A stretch of DNA of 64,000 nt from Octopus sinensis (lineage: Eukaryota), in assembly GCF_006345805.1 (NCBI RefSeq), contig NC_043000.1:69440001-69504000 (forward strand), in the 5' to 3' direction. The translations under genes were made by a program, and so were the position numbers. The notes beneath the pieces are model-generated. The model ran no database searches. It saw only the letters and a program-made list of their open reading frames with translations, and was not told the origin of the DNA. The first letter of the stretch is position 1; each line of letters begins with the position of its first letter. Shown here in pieces: positions 26,023 through 40,200 of the stretch.

Positions 26023-26624
26023 CTGAAATAGAATATAAAGCATATTTATCATTGTGGGGATGTAAAAACTGAAAAGAATTTGTAATTGATATTCAAATAA
26101 TATTGTAATCTGACAATTTATACACATCAGTAGAGTCTTTGTACTTAAATGCTGTGTTTCATTTTCATTGACAAATTTCACCAAATTTGTAAAATCTCTA
26201 TTCATATATCAAATATCACCATTTGAATCCTGCATAATCTAGTACATCAACAAAATCACTTTTGGTGATTTCTTGGCACTGACGTCAATATAAAGTATTA
26301 TCGGTTTAAAATTTTCATCTCTATGGGAGCCCACAGAGCCAACATGATTAGTGCTAAAACTTTAACTTGATCTCTCTTTAAAATTTCTACATTTTTGAAG
26401 TTTATCGCACAAGAAATTTCCTATTAATTCTGAACAGTATACTTTGGTATGCTCTTTAGACAGGAAGACATGCTTTAAATATACCAAGGCTACTTGTTTC
26501 AAAGAGTATTCGCTACTATTCAGTTCTTTAGATTTTAACATTTGGAGTTTATACTATAATATATTTAAAAGATAATATTCATAAAATACTGGAATAATAA
26601 AAATATGTGAAGTAATATGCTTAC

Positions 26625-26945
26625 AAGATTCATCTCTTTGTGGTATATCAGAAAACAGAGTTCTTGGTTTCCCTGTTGCTGGAAAAACAAAGGTTTTTAT
26701 TGATATTGATTTGGCTGGCGATGCAGTTACAACCGAAGTAGTCATTTCTGGTGTTGCTGCTGTTGTTGTTGCTGTTGTTGTTGTTGTTGCTGCTGCTGTT
26801 GTTGTTGTTGTTGCTGTTGTTGTTGCTCTAGTAGTAGTGAAAGGCTGTTTTGTTGTAGTGGTTGTCTTCATTTCCGTAGTAGTTGTAAACTGCTGTTTCG
26901 TTGTGTGGGCTGATGTATCTTGAACAACAGGAGGTTTTGTTATAG
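26625..26945 (-). CDS. vWA gene A exon 4 (Thr-rich mucin-like linker)
   Basis: Acceptor CACAG and donor T|GTAAGC, 321 nt, phase 1-1. Reads AITKPPVVQ...TTTATTTTT...PQRDES. Confidence 0.9.
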
Positions 26946-27808
26946 CTGTGTGGGAAAAAGAAAAACCTAAATTAACACATGACATTACGTATACACTTCA
27001 AAAATATAGCGTTTGTACATTTTCTCTAAAAGCAGTATTTCACACCATGATAATATATTGGAACGCGATAACTAAGTGGTCATCCGATCTGCCAGAAATA
27101 TCATCCAAATCTCTCTCACCTCATACCCTAAAGTCTTAAAATTGAAGGGTACATTGTATGATCTACTCCGACATATAGAACTATTGTAAAAAATCAAAAT
27201 AGAGTAGCTGTTTTGAACGCCTTTGATCAACAATCGATTAAGCTGGGGCTAAAAAAAATAAACTACATGCTGGAATTTTGAAGTTTTACAGTAGCATTCG
27301 GCCGTTTTTGTTTTATCATTTTTTTCATATACCAATTAAAATTAAAAACATTTTAGTTGAAAGTACAATATATTTACATTAATGACTCTAAAATCTCGAA
27401 GGACTACATTTCTTTATATTTAGTGTTTACGGTCTACACTACAAGACCGACGTAGATAGACAACTATAAAATAAATTATCCACATGACACCCGCCATTAG
27501 CAAGGTAATCAAAGACAGAGACAGAAATAGTTCGTCCATATAAAAATAACCAGACAGCATGACTACATCTTGCAAGTATTCGGCCAAAGCAGAAAGCAGA
27601 GTATCAAACTGAAAAGGGTGATTCATATGGTAGTGGCGTATATAAAGAAAGTTTTACGTCACATACAAAAGTCGAGTTGCTATATAAGGTATCACTTGCA
27701 CAATTTCCTTTCATTGCGAACATGTACAACAACAGCATGCTAGGTAAATTATTGAAAACAATACTAATAATATTTGGAACCTACAGTCTTTAAGCTAAAT
27801 CAATTTAC

Positions 27809-28372
27809 CTTCACATGTTTTCACTCCGAAAGATTTCGCTATATTCTGTAATGCTGAATAACTGGTTACTTCAAACACATTGTTGACGGGATCACTCGCA
27901 ATAGCTTTCAATTCTTCCAAATCGTAATTACTTCCAACACCAATAGCATAAACGTGGATTCCAAGTTTATGAAGTAACTTGGCCTCTTCTTTTGTGGCTT
28001 TCGTATCACGTGATTTACCATCAGTGATAACAATTGCAATGAAAGGAGATGAAGATGACTGTAGCTTCGGTTTCAGTTCTGATCTCAAAACTCGCAATGC
28101 TTCCGCTGTGTTAGTTTGACCAGTTCTGTAAGGAATGTTATCTATGGCTTTTCTCACTTGTTGGCTGTCTGCATATCGATCAAGAGAAAACTCGAGATGA
28201 GCTCTATCACTGAAAGTAATAGCGCCAACGTTAACTTGAGAATTACCAGTACCAATGTCAAAATTATCCACCAGATTTTGAGCAAATTTCAGTTGTTTTT
28301 TATAATCGACAATCCATATACTACTAGAAGAATCTAGTACAAACATGATGTTCGCTGCTTTACCGACACATT
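27809..28372 (-). CDS. vWA gene A exon 3 (vWA domain with intact MIDAS)
   Basis: Acceptor TTGCAG and donor G|GTAAAT, 564 nt. Motifs VLDSSSS (DxSxS), TNTAEAL, ITDG and YAIGVG. Confidence 0.95.
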
Positions 28373-28658
28373 CTGCAAAATAGAATATTCATTAATTTTT
28401 ATTTTGACCTGTTTTTAAAAAAATGATATTTTAAAGAATGAATTGGTTATATTTACATACGTAAGACTTGGATATAAAAAAGTCCTTTTAGCATATTAAT
28501 AATTCATCAGTTACACAGTAAAAGTTTAATACATAAACGTTAGCCGAACCTCAATTTTTAAATCTACAGAAAGTAATTCAAATATTTTAATAGCGATCAA
28601 ATATATTTTTATTATATATTGTTACTAGTGCAAAATGTCGGTAGGGAGTAATACTTAC

Positions 28659-28686
28659 GTTTCGTAGGTAAACTGTGAGCTGCAAA
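28659..28686 (-). CDS. vWA gene A exon 2 (end of signal peptide)
   Basis: TTTCAG|FAAHSLPTK+C|GTAAGT, 28 nt, phase 0-1; homologous to gene B exon 2. Confidence 0.8.
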
Positions 28687-29075
28687 CTGAAATATAAAAT
28701 GAAACATTTGTTGTAGAAAATATTTCATTGTAAAGAAGTCTGGTAAATAAAATTTACCTTATGATAAAAGACGAATTATCTAAATTATAATATATATATA
28801 TATATATTATATATATATATATATACAACCTGACAGCAGATTTTTGACAGGCTCATGTTAATCTAGTCAAGTTGTGATTTTGAAACACTGTATTATTTTT
28901 AGTGCGTGAAAAACTATTCGTTCAAATAAATAATTTATTTACATATATTTCTTTTCATGTATGATTTAGTTTGTAGAAATATGTTTCCAGTAAGTATAAT
29001 TTATATATGCGTATGTGTGCATGTATGTATGTATGTATGTATGTATGTAGGTATGTATGTATGTATGTATGTATG

Positions 29076-29113
<38 letters not shown>

Positions 29114-29179
29114 GATATATATATATATATATATATATATATCTATGGTTGAACACGTGTGTTTGTACGTATGTATGTT

Positions 29180-29233
<54 letters not shown>

Positions 29234-29399
29234 TGTAAACCCCTTTCTGTATTTGTGTGTATCTGTGTGTCTGTGTGTACGGGGAGAGATGGATACAAAT
29301 AAAAGATGGGAGAGAAAGAGAGACAGAGAGGAAGAAAGAGTGAGAGTGAGAGAGAGAGAGAGAGAGAAAGAAAGAGAATTTACATTATAAATCACTTAC

Positions 29400-29447
29400 T
29401 GTAAGTAAACTGAGGACTGTAAAATAGTAAGTCTGTTTATGGAACAT
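29400..29447 (-). CDS. vWA gene A exon 1 (start of signal peptide)
   Basis: MFHKQTYYFTVLSLLT|GTAAGT, phase 0. The five exons sum to 1524 nt, giving 507 aa plus stop. Confidence 0.8.
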
Positions 29448-30783
29448 TTTGTTGGTTTTTGAAGAAGTGTCGAAGATTTGCAATGAGTATTTATGCCGGG
29501 CAGTGTTGTCTCTTTGAAACTTGGTGTCTTGTGATATTAACAATTTGGCTAACAAGATTATATATATAAACAAATATGAGTCCTCACCCTCATGCGTATC
29601 TAAAGAGAGATGAGGTGGGAAGCAAAAAGAAACCTCTCCCTAAAAACACAGGATGCGTGGGTAAATATGAATGAATGACTGACCCTATGTACGATTGCCT
29701 AAAATGGTAATGCTTACACATTTTATTGCTTTGGTTTATTTGTTTCTTATAGATAGTATGAACCAGAGGGTGGAAATGTAGGCGCCTGCTGCTTTGCCAG
29801 AGAATCTAGTACAGCGCATATTTGCCAAGATACGCAAGTGTTGAGTTAATTCATAGTATTTTTCTCACACAACGCCCACAGAGCTATGACGTTCAGTCAA
29901 CTATCATGTTACGTCACTCACAAACATATCATAGATATTAATAGTGGTTCCCAACAGCGTAGATACTTACAAAATGTCATGGGGAGCTTCGAGGGTATAC
30001 ATATTTCGAAGGGGCTTCCTTCTCTAATGACAGTATCTAAAAATAGATAGAACCTAGAATATTTTTTGTTGTTTCGGTATTAAACACATGTGAATATTCT
30101 TCCGGTGACTTTCTGTTGTGGGTTCAAATACAACTGATATCGACAGAGCATTTCGGATAAATTCAGTAAAATAACAGTAATAAAATGAGACAGACAGACA
30201 GTCACTATGTTGTAATTTGGCTCGCTAGAAATACCAGCCAAATAGCCTTCAAATCACACTCTATTAGAAAGAAACCATTACGTTATTTCGTCTTTGATAC
30301 ATTAATTCTGAATAAATAGTGGATGGCCATGGCTGGAATGCTTTTGACCATAGATCTAATCAATTAGGCATGATCTGGGTTAAACTACATAAGCAATAAC
30401 AGTAACGAACACCAGTACGTATTTAGTGGACATGATCAAACAGCAACGTGCATTATCGAAATCGCAATACATCTATTTGACGTTGATAAATATTGGGGAG
30501 GGTAGAATTGATATAATTGGCGCAAGTATTTGATTGATGCTTCATTTAATGAGCCCGGAAAGATGAACTGCAAATATTGAGACAGAAAAATTTTAATTCA
30601 GATTAAAATGGGCCGAAGTCAAATACCACGACCAGATATTTTCCCGGAATGTTGCTACTTCACCGTTCTAAATGATTAAGATACGGAAAACGACAAATTA
30701 TTAGCTAATAACTTTATGCAAATAATTTTGAAAGTATCAATTAGTATAAAAACATGTACTAATAAATATGCATCTCTATCTCA

Positions 30784-30849
<66 letters not shown>

Positions 30850-31005
30850 ATATAAATTTATTTATATACATGTACATACATATACAAATATAATATATGT
30901 ATATATATATATATATTATATATATATATATATACCGGAGTAAACACATAAATGTGAAACAAGGTGGAAAAAAGAGTACTCAAATACCAGTGGTAGAGTA
31001 ATATG

Positions 31006-31086
31006 CTTTATTTTAAGCAGCAGAAAATTCAACAAAATCTGTTGAATTCAACAAAATTGTTGAATTTTCTGCTGCTTAAAATAAAG
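31006..31086. repeat. Perfect 30-bp inverted repeat enclosing a 14-nt palindrome, within a dispersed repeat
   Basis: CTTTATTTTAAGCAGCAGAAAATTCAACAA (31006-31035) is matched by its exact reverse complement at 31057-31086. The upstream flank resembles 61020-61070. Confidence 0.9.
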
Positions 31087-31123
31087 TATATATATATATA
31101 TATATATTATATAATATATATAT

Positions 31124-31155
<32 letters not shown>

Positions 31156-31166
31156 ATATATATATA

Positions 31167-31227
<61 letters not shown>

Positions 31228-33365
31228 CTACACACACACACACTTGTGCGTGTGTGTGTGTATGTGCGCGCGCGCGGTCGTTATGTTTGCATATGGGAGA
31301 TATACTAGAGAAGTAGTAAACGTTAACCCAGCTGAATATAAATCATGCTTTCAATTGGATGCCAATTATTTTAAACAAGTTGAGCTATTCAACATCTGCT
31401 CAACACATAAATGTAAGATTTCAGTAAGAAAGTTTCCAATGGAAATTATTTCCATCGGCTTTATTAACGTTAGTGGACACTTTATTTTCTATTTATGTGT
31501 GAGTGCTTGTATGGCTGCATTAATGAAAGGAACAGAAAATATTATAGTATGATAGAAGAGATAAGAAATGAATACACAAACAAGTGATGGATATACATTG
31601 GTTGAGTTGGGTAGTTTTGAATATAATTCTTGCATGCATTCTCAAGAATGTGAATGTATTATGGAATGCAATGGTGGTCTCAGATAATTGAATACCCTCC
31701 AAAGCAGTGTAAACTTGTTCATTATATTAAAAAAAATCAGTATATTTTGGAGTTCTGGAATAGATACATGAACACTCTATGATAATATTTGTCGATGTGA
31801 TATATATGTAATTTCTATGAAAGATCCTCTGGCATGATTAGCCTGATCCTTCGTAGGAAATATAATACCCCTCACTGAGCTCTATTTATGAGTACAGTAG
31901 TGTAGTTGTTGGTATGTTCTCTTAAGCCGAATAATGAACATTGTGTTGTCATTTGTCCACCAGGTGAACTCTAATCAAACCGGCTCATAAAAAATACTAG
32001 TCGAGCCACTGATATGTTACACTGAGTAACACAATTTTTATTTATGTATTTATTGTCTTTGGTCAGTAAGTGTTATTTCCTATTTGTTTCAAAGTAGAAA
32101 TCAACGGAAATGAATACTACGCCCTTCAAACTGAGCTTTTGTGATCTGAACATCAATGTTTCGAATTTGAGTAATTTTCCATTACATTTCAGACAGATTC
32201 AGGTCTAAGTTGCCGAAGCAGAAATATCGTTATATCAACTATTCTGCTCAATACTACATATTTACTTGTCAGTTGCTTGACCATAGCAACTTGAGCATGG
32301 CTCTTAGTGAATGACAATATGTGCATCTCTGATCGTAAACAGGAGTAGTGGGGGAAGCATCATAGCCCTGTGTCGAGTGGAATTTTGTAGGTTTGGATAA
32401 ATGTAACAAATGTAAAGTTTGAAGGAAATATTAGTCAATTTTCATACTTTCGAGGAATGACAAAAAAAAAAAGAAAAAAAAGGAAATAACAGCTGCTACC
32501 CAAGGACAAAAATCGTGTCACACATTGTTATTCATGTCATACCATGCCGCCACCAAACTGCGGACAATACTAAACATACTAACTTGTAGTTAATACGTAC
32601 AGGTTGCTGTTGGAAATCTAGACATGATCTTCTCGACCATCTATCCAGTCTGTTTCTACAAGGCACTCGCACTCTGTAGCAAGCAGTTTTGTAGTTTTAT
32701 ACTGACGAGAAAATTTTTAGTCGTAGTGTATATATTGAAGTAAAGTGTCATATATATTGCGTTTTGATTCGTGAATTTAAATTTTTAGGGTATTCAACTC
32801 TACTATAAGTTGAGTGCATTTGGTTTCTATAATATTGTGTATGCGGTTTGCATTTCTTTTTTTGCTAAATATTGTATGTTTACAGTGGACATTTGTTCTA
32901 CATGTTAGAGTATTCGTTATTAAGTGGTATTTGTTTAATGCTTATGTTTTCCCTATTTATGCATCATATTTGAAGCAAATTGTTAAAGATCGTCCCAAAA
33001 GAGATTTATCTAGAGACATTTTATGAATATACTCCTTGTTCTCATGCTTATGTAGGTATTCGTTAGTGGGTTTTGTGTATACCAGGTGTTGTTCCATACT
33101 CCTATGTTTATACCTAAGAATGAGTGGGTACTGTCGTATGAATATCTGTTACAACATCTGCAATACTCATTGTCGAAATCAATGGCCCTCTATTAAATTT
33201 GAAAATGGTATTCTATTTACTCGACAAATTGAAATTCAAACTTATGTGTAAGTACTTGAGTATTCCACATATACGACTACACATAATTCTCAGGCAGAAC
33301 CAACTTGTTACTTGTATTTCAAAGACTAGATTTTTGCTTTGCATATAACAAGGCTGTGGTTCATG

Positions 33366-33399
<34 letters not shown>

Positions 33400-33404
<5 letters not shown>

Positions 33405-34698
33405 GGATGCGATAAATAAATTGTTGCCTAAGTTACACAAAAAGAAAATAACACTGACATCTAATTTTAACAGATATATTTACCAAAATTACACAAAAAT
33501 ATTTTGAAATACTAAAGAGTAAATTTCTTCAATAAAATCGCCATTGGCTTCAACCACAACCTTCAGACGACTTTGGAATCTCCTGCAACTCTTCTGGACG
33601 TCTCCTTGTTTAAGCTGGTGAATACTGCCACAGTCCTTGCTTTCAGTTCATTACAAAGACTTTTTTGGGTCTCTCGCGTAACTGCGCCCCACACATAATA
33701 GTCAAGGGGGTTGCAGCCTGGGGAGAAGGATGACCAGATATTAGGGGTGATGTGGTCGCAGAAATTATCTAATAGCCATGACTGGGTTTTCCTGCTTGGG
33801 TGGTATGGTACAAAATCCTGTTGCCAGATATTAAGATCTTCCAGCAGTCACCCTCTTGAACCAGGATAGCACTACCTCCCCCAGGCACTTGATGTAGGCC
33901 TCCGTGTTTAGTCTGAGGCTGCTTGGGAAGATGAATGAAGGCATAACTTCACCACCACTGGCGACCACTCCAAACACCATGATGTTGACTGGATGTTTGA
34001 TTTTTATCACTCTCGGTAAATGTTTTGGGGATACGGCAAGCCAAAGGTTGTTATGTGTGTTCACCGTCTGATCCTGAACAGAAATTTTTCTCGTCTGAGA
34101 AAAATCAAAGCATATTCGGTTGGACGAGATGCTCGAATTTGTTCAAAAGCTTCGCAGCGCGGTTTGCCTTTTGTCCTTGATAGCATGGGATACAAATTGG
34201 CCCTTTCTCATCTTGTATGAAGACTACCAAACGTCTTCATGCACTACCTGCTAGATAAGATACTCAGACGCTCACATGTCCCTGGCGATGGACCTAATTG
34301 ACTGGGAGGGATCGTTGTCAATCATGACCTGGATCTCACCAACAAATTCAAAAGTTATTTTCTTATCAGAACGATCGGAGCGAGTTTTCCGAGCTGCCGT
34401 ACCTTTGTAATCACCATTAGACTCATCCAAATCTTTCAAAAATCCTCTGCACTGTCCCCAAGTTGACACCCAAACACTCTGAAATGTTCGTACTGGAGCT
34501 TCCGGTGTGAATGCCAAGCAGTACAGCATGTCGTTTCCAAATTTCTGGCAGAGTGAATTGCGTCATAGTGCTATTTTTCTCACAGAAGATACCCACCTGA
34601 CCCTACTATACTGTGTAGTTGACAAAATCAAAAACAAAACAATGTACATTCGCGAAATAAAAAATATAAAATGGCAATAATTTACCCATCACCCCCTC
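33400..34698 (-). mobile_element. Tc1/mariner (DD37D/maT-like) element, degenerate
   Basis: IMVFGVVASGGEVMPSFIFPSSLRLNTEAYIKCL and ITPNIW...SPGCNPLDYYVWG. Partial TIRs TAAATTGTTGCC / GGCAATAATTTA sit next to TA/CT repeats. Confidence 0.8.
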
Positions 34699-34707
34699 TA
34701 TCTCTCA

Positions 34708-34744
<37 letters not shown>

Positions 34745-35299
34745 CATGCGTACATATTCATACATACAGACAGACACCTATGCACCACACACACACTCAC
34801 ACACTCACACATACAAGTATGAGTGTGAGCATGGGTGCACATGCATGTACGAGAGTATGTGCGCTTGTGTGTATGTATAGATGAACATTAAAATGAATAT
34901 GCAATCTGTGTAGATCACACCCGCTCGGACCAAAAGGTAATTAAAATTGACTGTGAAAGCCTGATATAAAGCTGAATTATTGGAAAAAGTTTGTTTTGGT
35001 GTTAACGTTTTCCCAAAATATGATTAACTCTTTCACCTCATTCCCACGACCACACCCAACCACACACTCTCCAACAGGCCAAAATTTGAGATACGTTTTA
35101 TCGCGTGTTTTTTGCCAATAAGGTTATATATCAACCAACCATCTTTCTATCATTTATTTAGCATCCCTAATTTATATATCACACGATTTTAGAGACTATG
35201 TTAGTTTTATCGATTTAAGAGGAACAAGTTTTGGTTTTAATTAATGTAGACACTATTTCTATTTTCTCAATCATTGTCCTGAATAACACTGTCCCCCGC

Positions 35300-35490
35300 C
35301 ATCGCTTGAAAACCGATGCTGCTATGTTTATGTACCAGTAACTAAGCGGTTCGACGAAAGAAATCGATAGAATAAGCACTATGCGTACTAAGAATAAGTC
35401 CAGCTGTTGATTTCTTCGACTAACACTCTTTCAGGCAGTGCAATAGTATGGCCGCAATCAAATGACTGAAACAAGTAAAAGAATAAAAGA
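35300..35490 (+). mobile_element. SINE family 1, 3' part
   Basis: Body and tail similar to 60770-60950. Confidence 0.7.
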
Positions 35491-36654
35491 ATATATGTAT
35501 ATATGATAAATGAAAGACAGAAGATGAAATATGTGAGAATCTTTATTAATTACGACAATTGTTTCGTCACATCTAGCATCGACCCTTCACGGCTGGGACA
35601 CCTAACAACTGATCCAGGAGCATCTGGTGATGCAGATATATAGGTATATGTATATGTGTGTGTGTGCCTTTTTGTATGTGTGCTTGTGCGTGTGTGTGTG
35701 TGAGTGTGTATGAGTGTGTATGTATGTATGTATGTATGTATGTATGTATGTATGTGTATGTATGTGTGTGTGCGTGTGTGGTGGGAAGAGAGTGACAGGG
35801 GCAGAAACAAAAGCACTCAAATCTTTTTACAGTTAACATTTAACCATATTAGCAAGATACATCAATGATTCTTATGCTGTTTATAAGGTCAAACGCAGCT
35901 TAATTCTTTTAAAAAATACTGCATTGGCAATTAGAAAGAGAAAGATGTTTCTGGAAATTCTGATTTTTAAATACAAATCATTAAAATTATGTCTAAAATA
36001 TTGTTGGGATAGGATTTTAAATGTATATTACAGAAAACAAACACATAAATTCAAAGAGATAGATGAAAAAATTAAAAGCAGATGCCCATTATAGCCATCT
36101 GTTCGTCACTGAACATCTGTTTGAAGTCGACCCATAGCGCATTCCCATTTTTAAATCTCTTACAAATAGAACAAGGAAGGGCACCTCAGTCTTTTTAAAG
36201 TATGCATAGTTCATAATATCACTTCACACAATCTGTTTCCCAGCTAGCTATTCCAAGGGTGTACTTTAAATGTATCGTATGTTAACAATGAAATGAGCCT
36301 TCTGAATCATGCCTACCGCTTCGATGTAAGAAGAAAATAATCCTTTTAGTAATATCACACTGTTATTCATGTAGTGGGATAGTTTGTTGCATTGCAATGT
36401 ACGACCACAAGAGATATGATTTTTATTGCTAATTTTTAATTTATTGAATTCCAGCTTTTATCAACCTACGCACTTAAATAGCTGAATCCTGTAAGGTTCT
36501 ACTTTCATACACATATCCGTGTGTGTGTGTGAGTGTGAGTATGTGTGTGTATGTGTGGGTGTATATATATATATATATTTATATATAAACATATATATAC
36601 ATACTTATACACACACACACATATATGCACACATACATATATAAATATATAATC

Positions 36655-37257
36655 TATTTCTTTACTACCCACAAGGGGCTAAAGACAGAGAGGACAAACA
36701 AGGACAGACAAAGGGACTAAGTCGATTACATCGACCCCATTGCGAAGCTGGTACTTAATTTATCTACCCCCGAAAGGATGAAAGGCAAAGTCGACCTCGG
36801 CGAAATTTGAACTCAGAATGTAACGACAGACGAAATACTTATTTCTTTACTACCCACAAGGGGCTAAAGACAGAGAGGACAAACAAGGACAGACAAAGGG
36901 ACTAAGTCGATTACATCGACCCCATTGCGAAGCTGGTACTTAATTTATCTACCCCCGAAAGGATGAAAGGCAAAGTCGACCTCGGCGAAATTTGAACTCA
37001 GAATGTAACGACAGACGAAATACTTATTTCTTTACTATCCACAAGGGGCTAAACACAGAGAGGACAAACAAGGACAGACAAACGGGTTAAGTCGATTATA
37101 TCGACGCCAGTACTTTACTGGTACTTAATTTATCGCCCCCGAAAGGATGAAAGGCAAAGTCGACCTCGGTGGAACTTGAACTCAGAACGTAACGGCAGAC
37201 GAAATACGGCTACGCATTTCGCCGGGCGGGTTAACGTTTCTGCCAGCTCGCCGCCTT
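36655..37257 (-). mobile_element. tRNA-derived SINE family 2, tandem array (one headed unit + two headless 185-bp units)
   Basis: TATTTCTTTAC recurs at 36655, 36840 and 37025. B-box GAGTTCAAATT/GTT. The central GCCTTTCATCCTTTCGGGG...GATAAATTAAGTACCAG resembles the Meta/MESC-type SINE domain as I recall it. Confidence 0.85.
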
Positions 37258-40200
37258 GTCGCTTTACATATATAAATATATATATAATCTTGAGATATAT
37301 AGATGCATATATGTTGAGAGAGAGAGAGAGAGAGAGACAGAGAGACAGAGAGAGGAGATATAAAGAGAAAGAGAAAGAGAGAGAGAACAAAAAGTTAAAT
37401 AATGCGTAAAAGAAAAAATAACTGCAGGACGGGATAAGTCTATTATCAAAATTATTTCTTCTTTGGAATATCGGTGTAGAATGGAAAGGGAGAGGGGAAA
37501 GAGAGGAGAAAAGTACTTAATAATGATAAATAAAACCAGTAACCGAGGCGAGAAATGCCCACTTGCATTTGTTTGTTAATCGTTAATCTATTAACAAAGA
37601 CTACAATTAGAATTGAAACGACTTGAATTTTCAGCTTCAGCATTTGCGATATTTTTTCTTTTTCATTTCTTTTTTAAAAGTATTACTGGAAAAGATTAAT
37701 CTGAATGCCCAGAAGCAAATATCTAATAATTGGTATTTATTTGTTTCTCTGTTTTCGACAAAAATATGTGATATCAAAAACAAAAAATGGTTTAACCAAT
37801 AAACTCTATCACAAGGGTGTTTTTGTTTGGCAAAAAGAAGATATGGGCTATTTTCACCAGTTTGTATCCCATACGCTCACCTATTATTCATTATATCCAG
37901 TGTTGTATTGTTCAAATATTAGTTTTTGACTAAAAGCTGATTATCAAACAATGACAATGTCACCATAATAGGTGGATGTTATAGATGACATTTTGAAAAA
38001 ATTGTCCCTAATTGTTTGAAAAGAAGCTAAATTGAAAAAGGAAAAGAAAAAACTGCTAACCACAACAGAAACTAGCAACAAAGGTAAGAAAGAGTACTCC
38101 CACAAAATCCTAAGGACAACAATAATGACAACGGCCGGATATACGAGGATTTAAATTTTACTATCTTCCGAACGCCAAAGCAGAGTTTGATAGACAGAAT
38201 AACATATTCGTGAGGTGGTCAGTGTCTCCTGGGTATGTTGGTCACCAAGGAACTAATAGGGCTGGAATATAAGAGCTAAATGACGGAACGTCAATTAAAA
38301 ACATGAACATTTTCTATAATCAATTGAAACAAGAGCACCCTGAGGTTGTATGTTGTTTCCTACCCCAACCCACACAAAAAAGTGTTAACGGGCATCTTTT
38401 TCAGTAAGGTGGTTGTACGATCGTCGACTGTTAAGGCAGACGTGCAGGGTGGCACTAACTCGACTTAGCCAGAGGCTCCTCATCTGTCTGTGGACAGATT
38501 TTTTAAAGTGTTTTTCTGTTTCATTTTCTATTTAAAGTATATAGTTTGATTATTGCGTGTGCTTATATGATTTTTTTTTTCAATTTAATTATATGCATGT
38601 TAAACAAAATTTTAATTTGTCCCCATTTTAAAAAATATAACGTCTTTCGTCTATCCCTTCCATTTTATGCGACTAGTTTGTCCTAATCTACACATTTTGG
38701 TAAAGTCCCGGGGTTTTCATTGTATTGAAACTCTAATAGCTGATAAACTATTGTTATTATGGCAGAATCGTCAGTGTGCTGGATAAAATACTTAGCGGTA
38801 CTTCTTCCGACTGTTAACAAACTCCGCCAAGGACGAATTCGCCTTTCATCCTTTCGGGATCAATAAATCAAATACAGTCAAGTACTGGGTGTGATGTAAT
38901 TGATTTGCCCATTCTTCTAAATTTGCTCGCCTTGTGCCAAGATTCGAAACCGCTACTATTATAATTGTTGTTCTTTTCTCTTATATTACTCCTAATAAAA
39001 TATCAAGAAGTATAATTTTACATTCAAATATGTTTAATATGAAATTTTGAAACTGACTAACGAGTGTCTTCATATTAAATATAGGAATTATTAATGAATC
39101 GAATTAAAGATAGCTTTATGCAAGACATTGACCGCTAGATGGTGACAGGAAGTATCGGGTAAAATTCTTTACGAGGCAAATATTAGTGTGCTGGAAGCTG
39201 GGAAATAGATTACGTCCGCGCTGAAGTTAAAGAATGTTAATACAGCCGCAGTAATTTTTCTTAAATAAGTTTGCTGCTTTATGTTAGATGGTCATATAAG
39301 AAACTGTCTTCTAATCTTTGAAACGTAATATAGTTTGTTTCTTATAAACCATCACAATAATATCAATAGCAGCGAGCCAACAAAGGTGCCTCTGTAGGGC
39401 CACTATACTTTTAGAAATACTAGCCAAGTCTCCGTCACATCTAAGCCTGATGTTACATGAAAATTATATATTGAATAATGCGGACTAGTTGTAAAAAATG
39501 TCAGGATGGGAATAGTTATAATGTCTTTCATCATAAGTTTGGTTGATCAGAGCTAACTTAGAGGTACAAAAACAGCAGTAGTTGCAACAAAAGCAGCAAA
39601 AACTAAAAAGGAGTTTCTGGAAAAACAAATGTTGCTATTACTTGAATAAGTGCAGATAACAGAAAACGTCAACAACATAAAGCCTTACTCTATGTAAACT
39701 ATAAAATTAAGGTCATTTGACAAAGGCGCCATGTTTACGTTTTGCATGATCTATCCTCAAGAATCAGAGCCACCCAATAATAATAAAAATGGAATTCAGC
39801 ATGTTAAATTTGTTATTATTTTTACCCTATTTGGTCTTATAATGGCTTGTAGAGAAAATGCTGCTCTTACTTTCCTTATCCTTATCGGAACCTTACCATG
39901 TTAACTTCCTGCAGCATTTACTAAATATTATAGTAGGAATTGATGTAGACTATCTAACATAGTTTAGATCTTGAGTTATTTTCAATGCTTGCATTTTGTC
40001 TTAGGGATGTTGAAAATAGTATTCTATGCTATGTAAAATAGTATTGTAACGCATATTTTGTAAAGAAAATAGATATAGCATGTAGAAAATAGGTCCAGCT
40101 AGATTTTTAGCTAACAAAACACTCCCACCTCATCATTAAAAATGCCAAAGAAATGTCATGAAACCAACAAGACATAATGTAATTAAACTCACAAAAAGAA

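Noticed and set aside
29941-30030. hAT-like terminus TAGTGGTTCCCAAC
   Set aside because: No matching opposite TIR or 8-bp TSD found.
36655-37257. CRISPR-like or satellite array
   Set aside because: The units are 185-bp SINE bodies without unique spacers, in a eukaryotic context.
38215-38285. Possible RNase H relic (SPGYVGHQGTNRA)
   Set aside because: Too short and degenerate to support a call.
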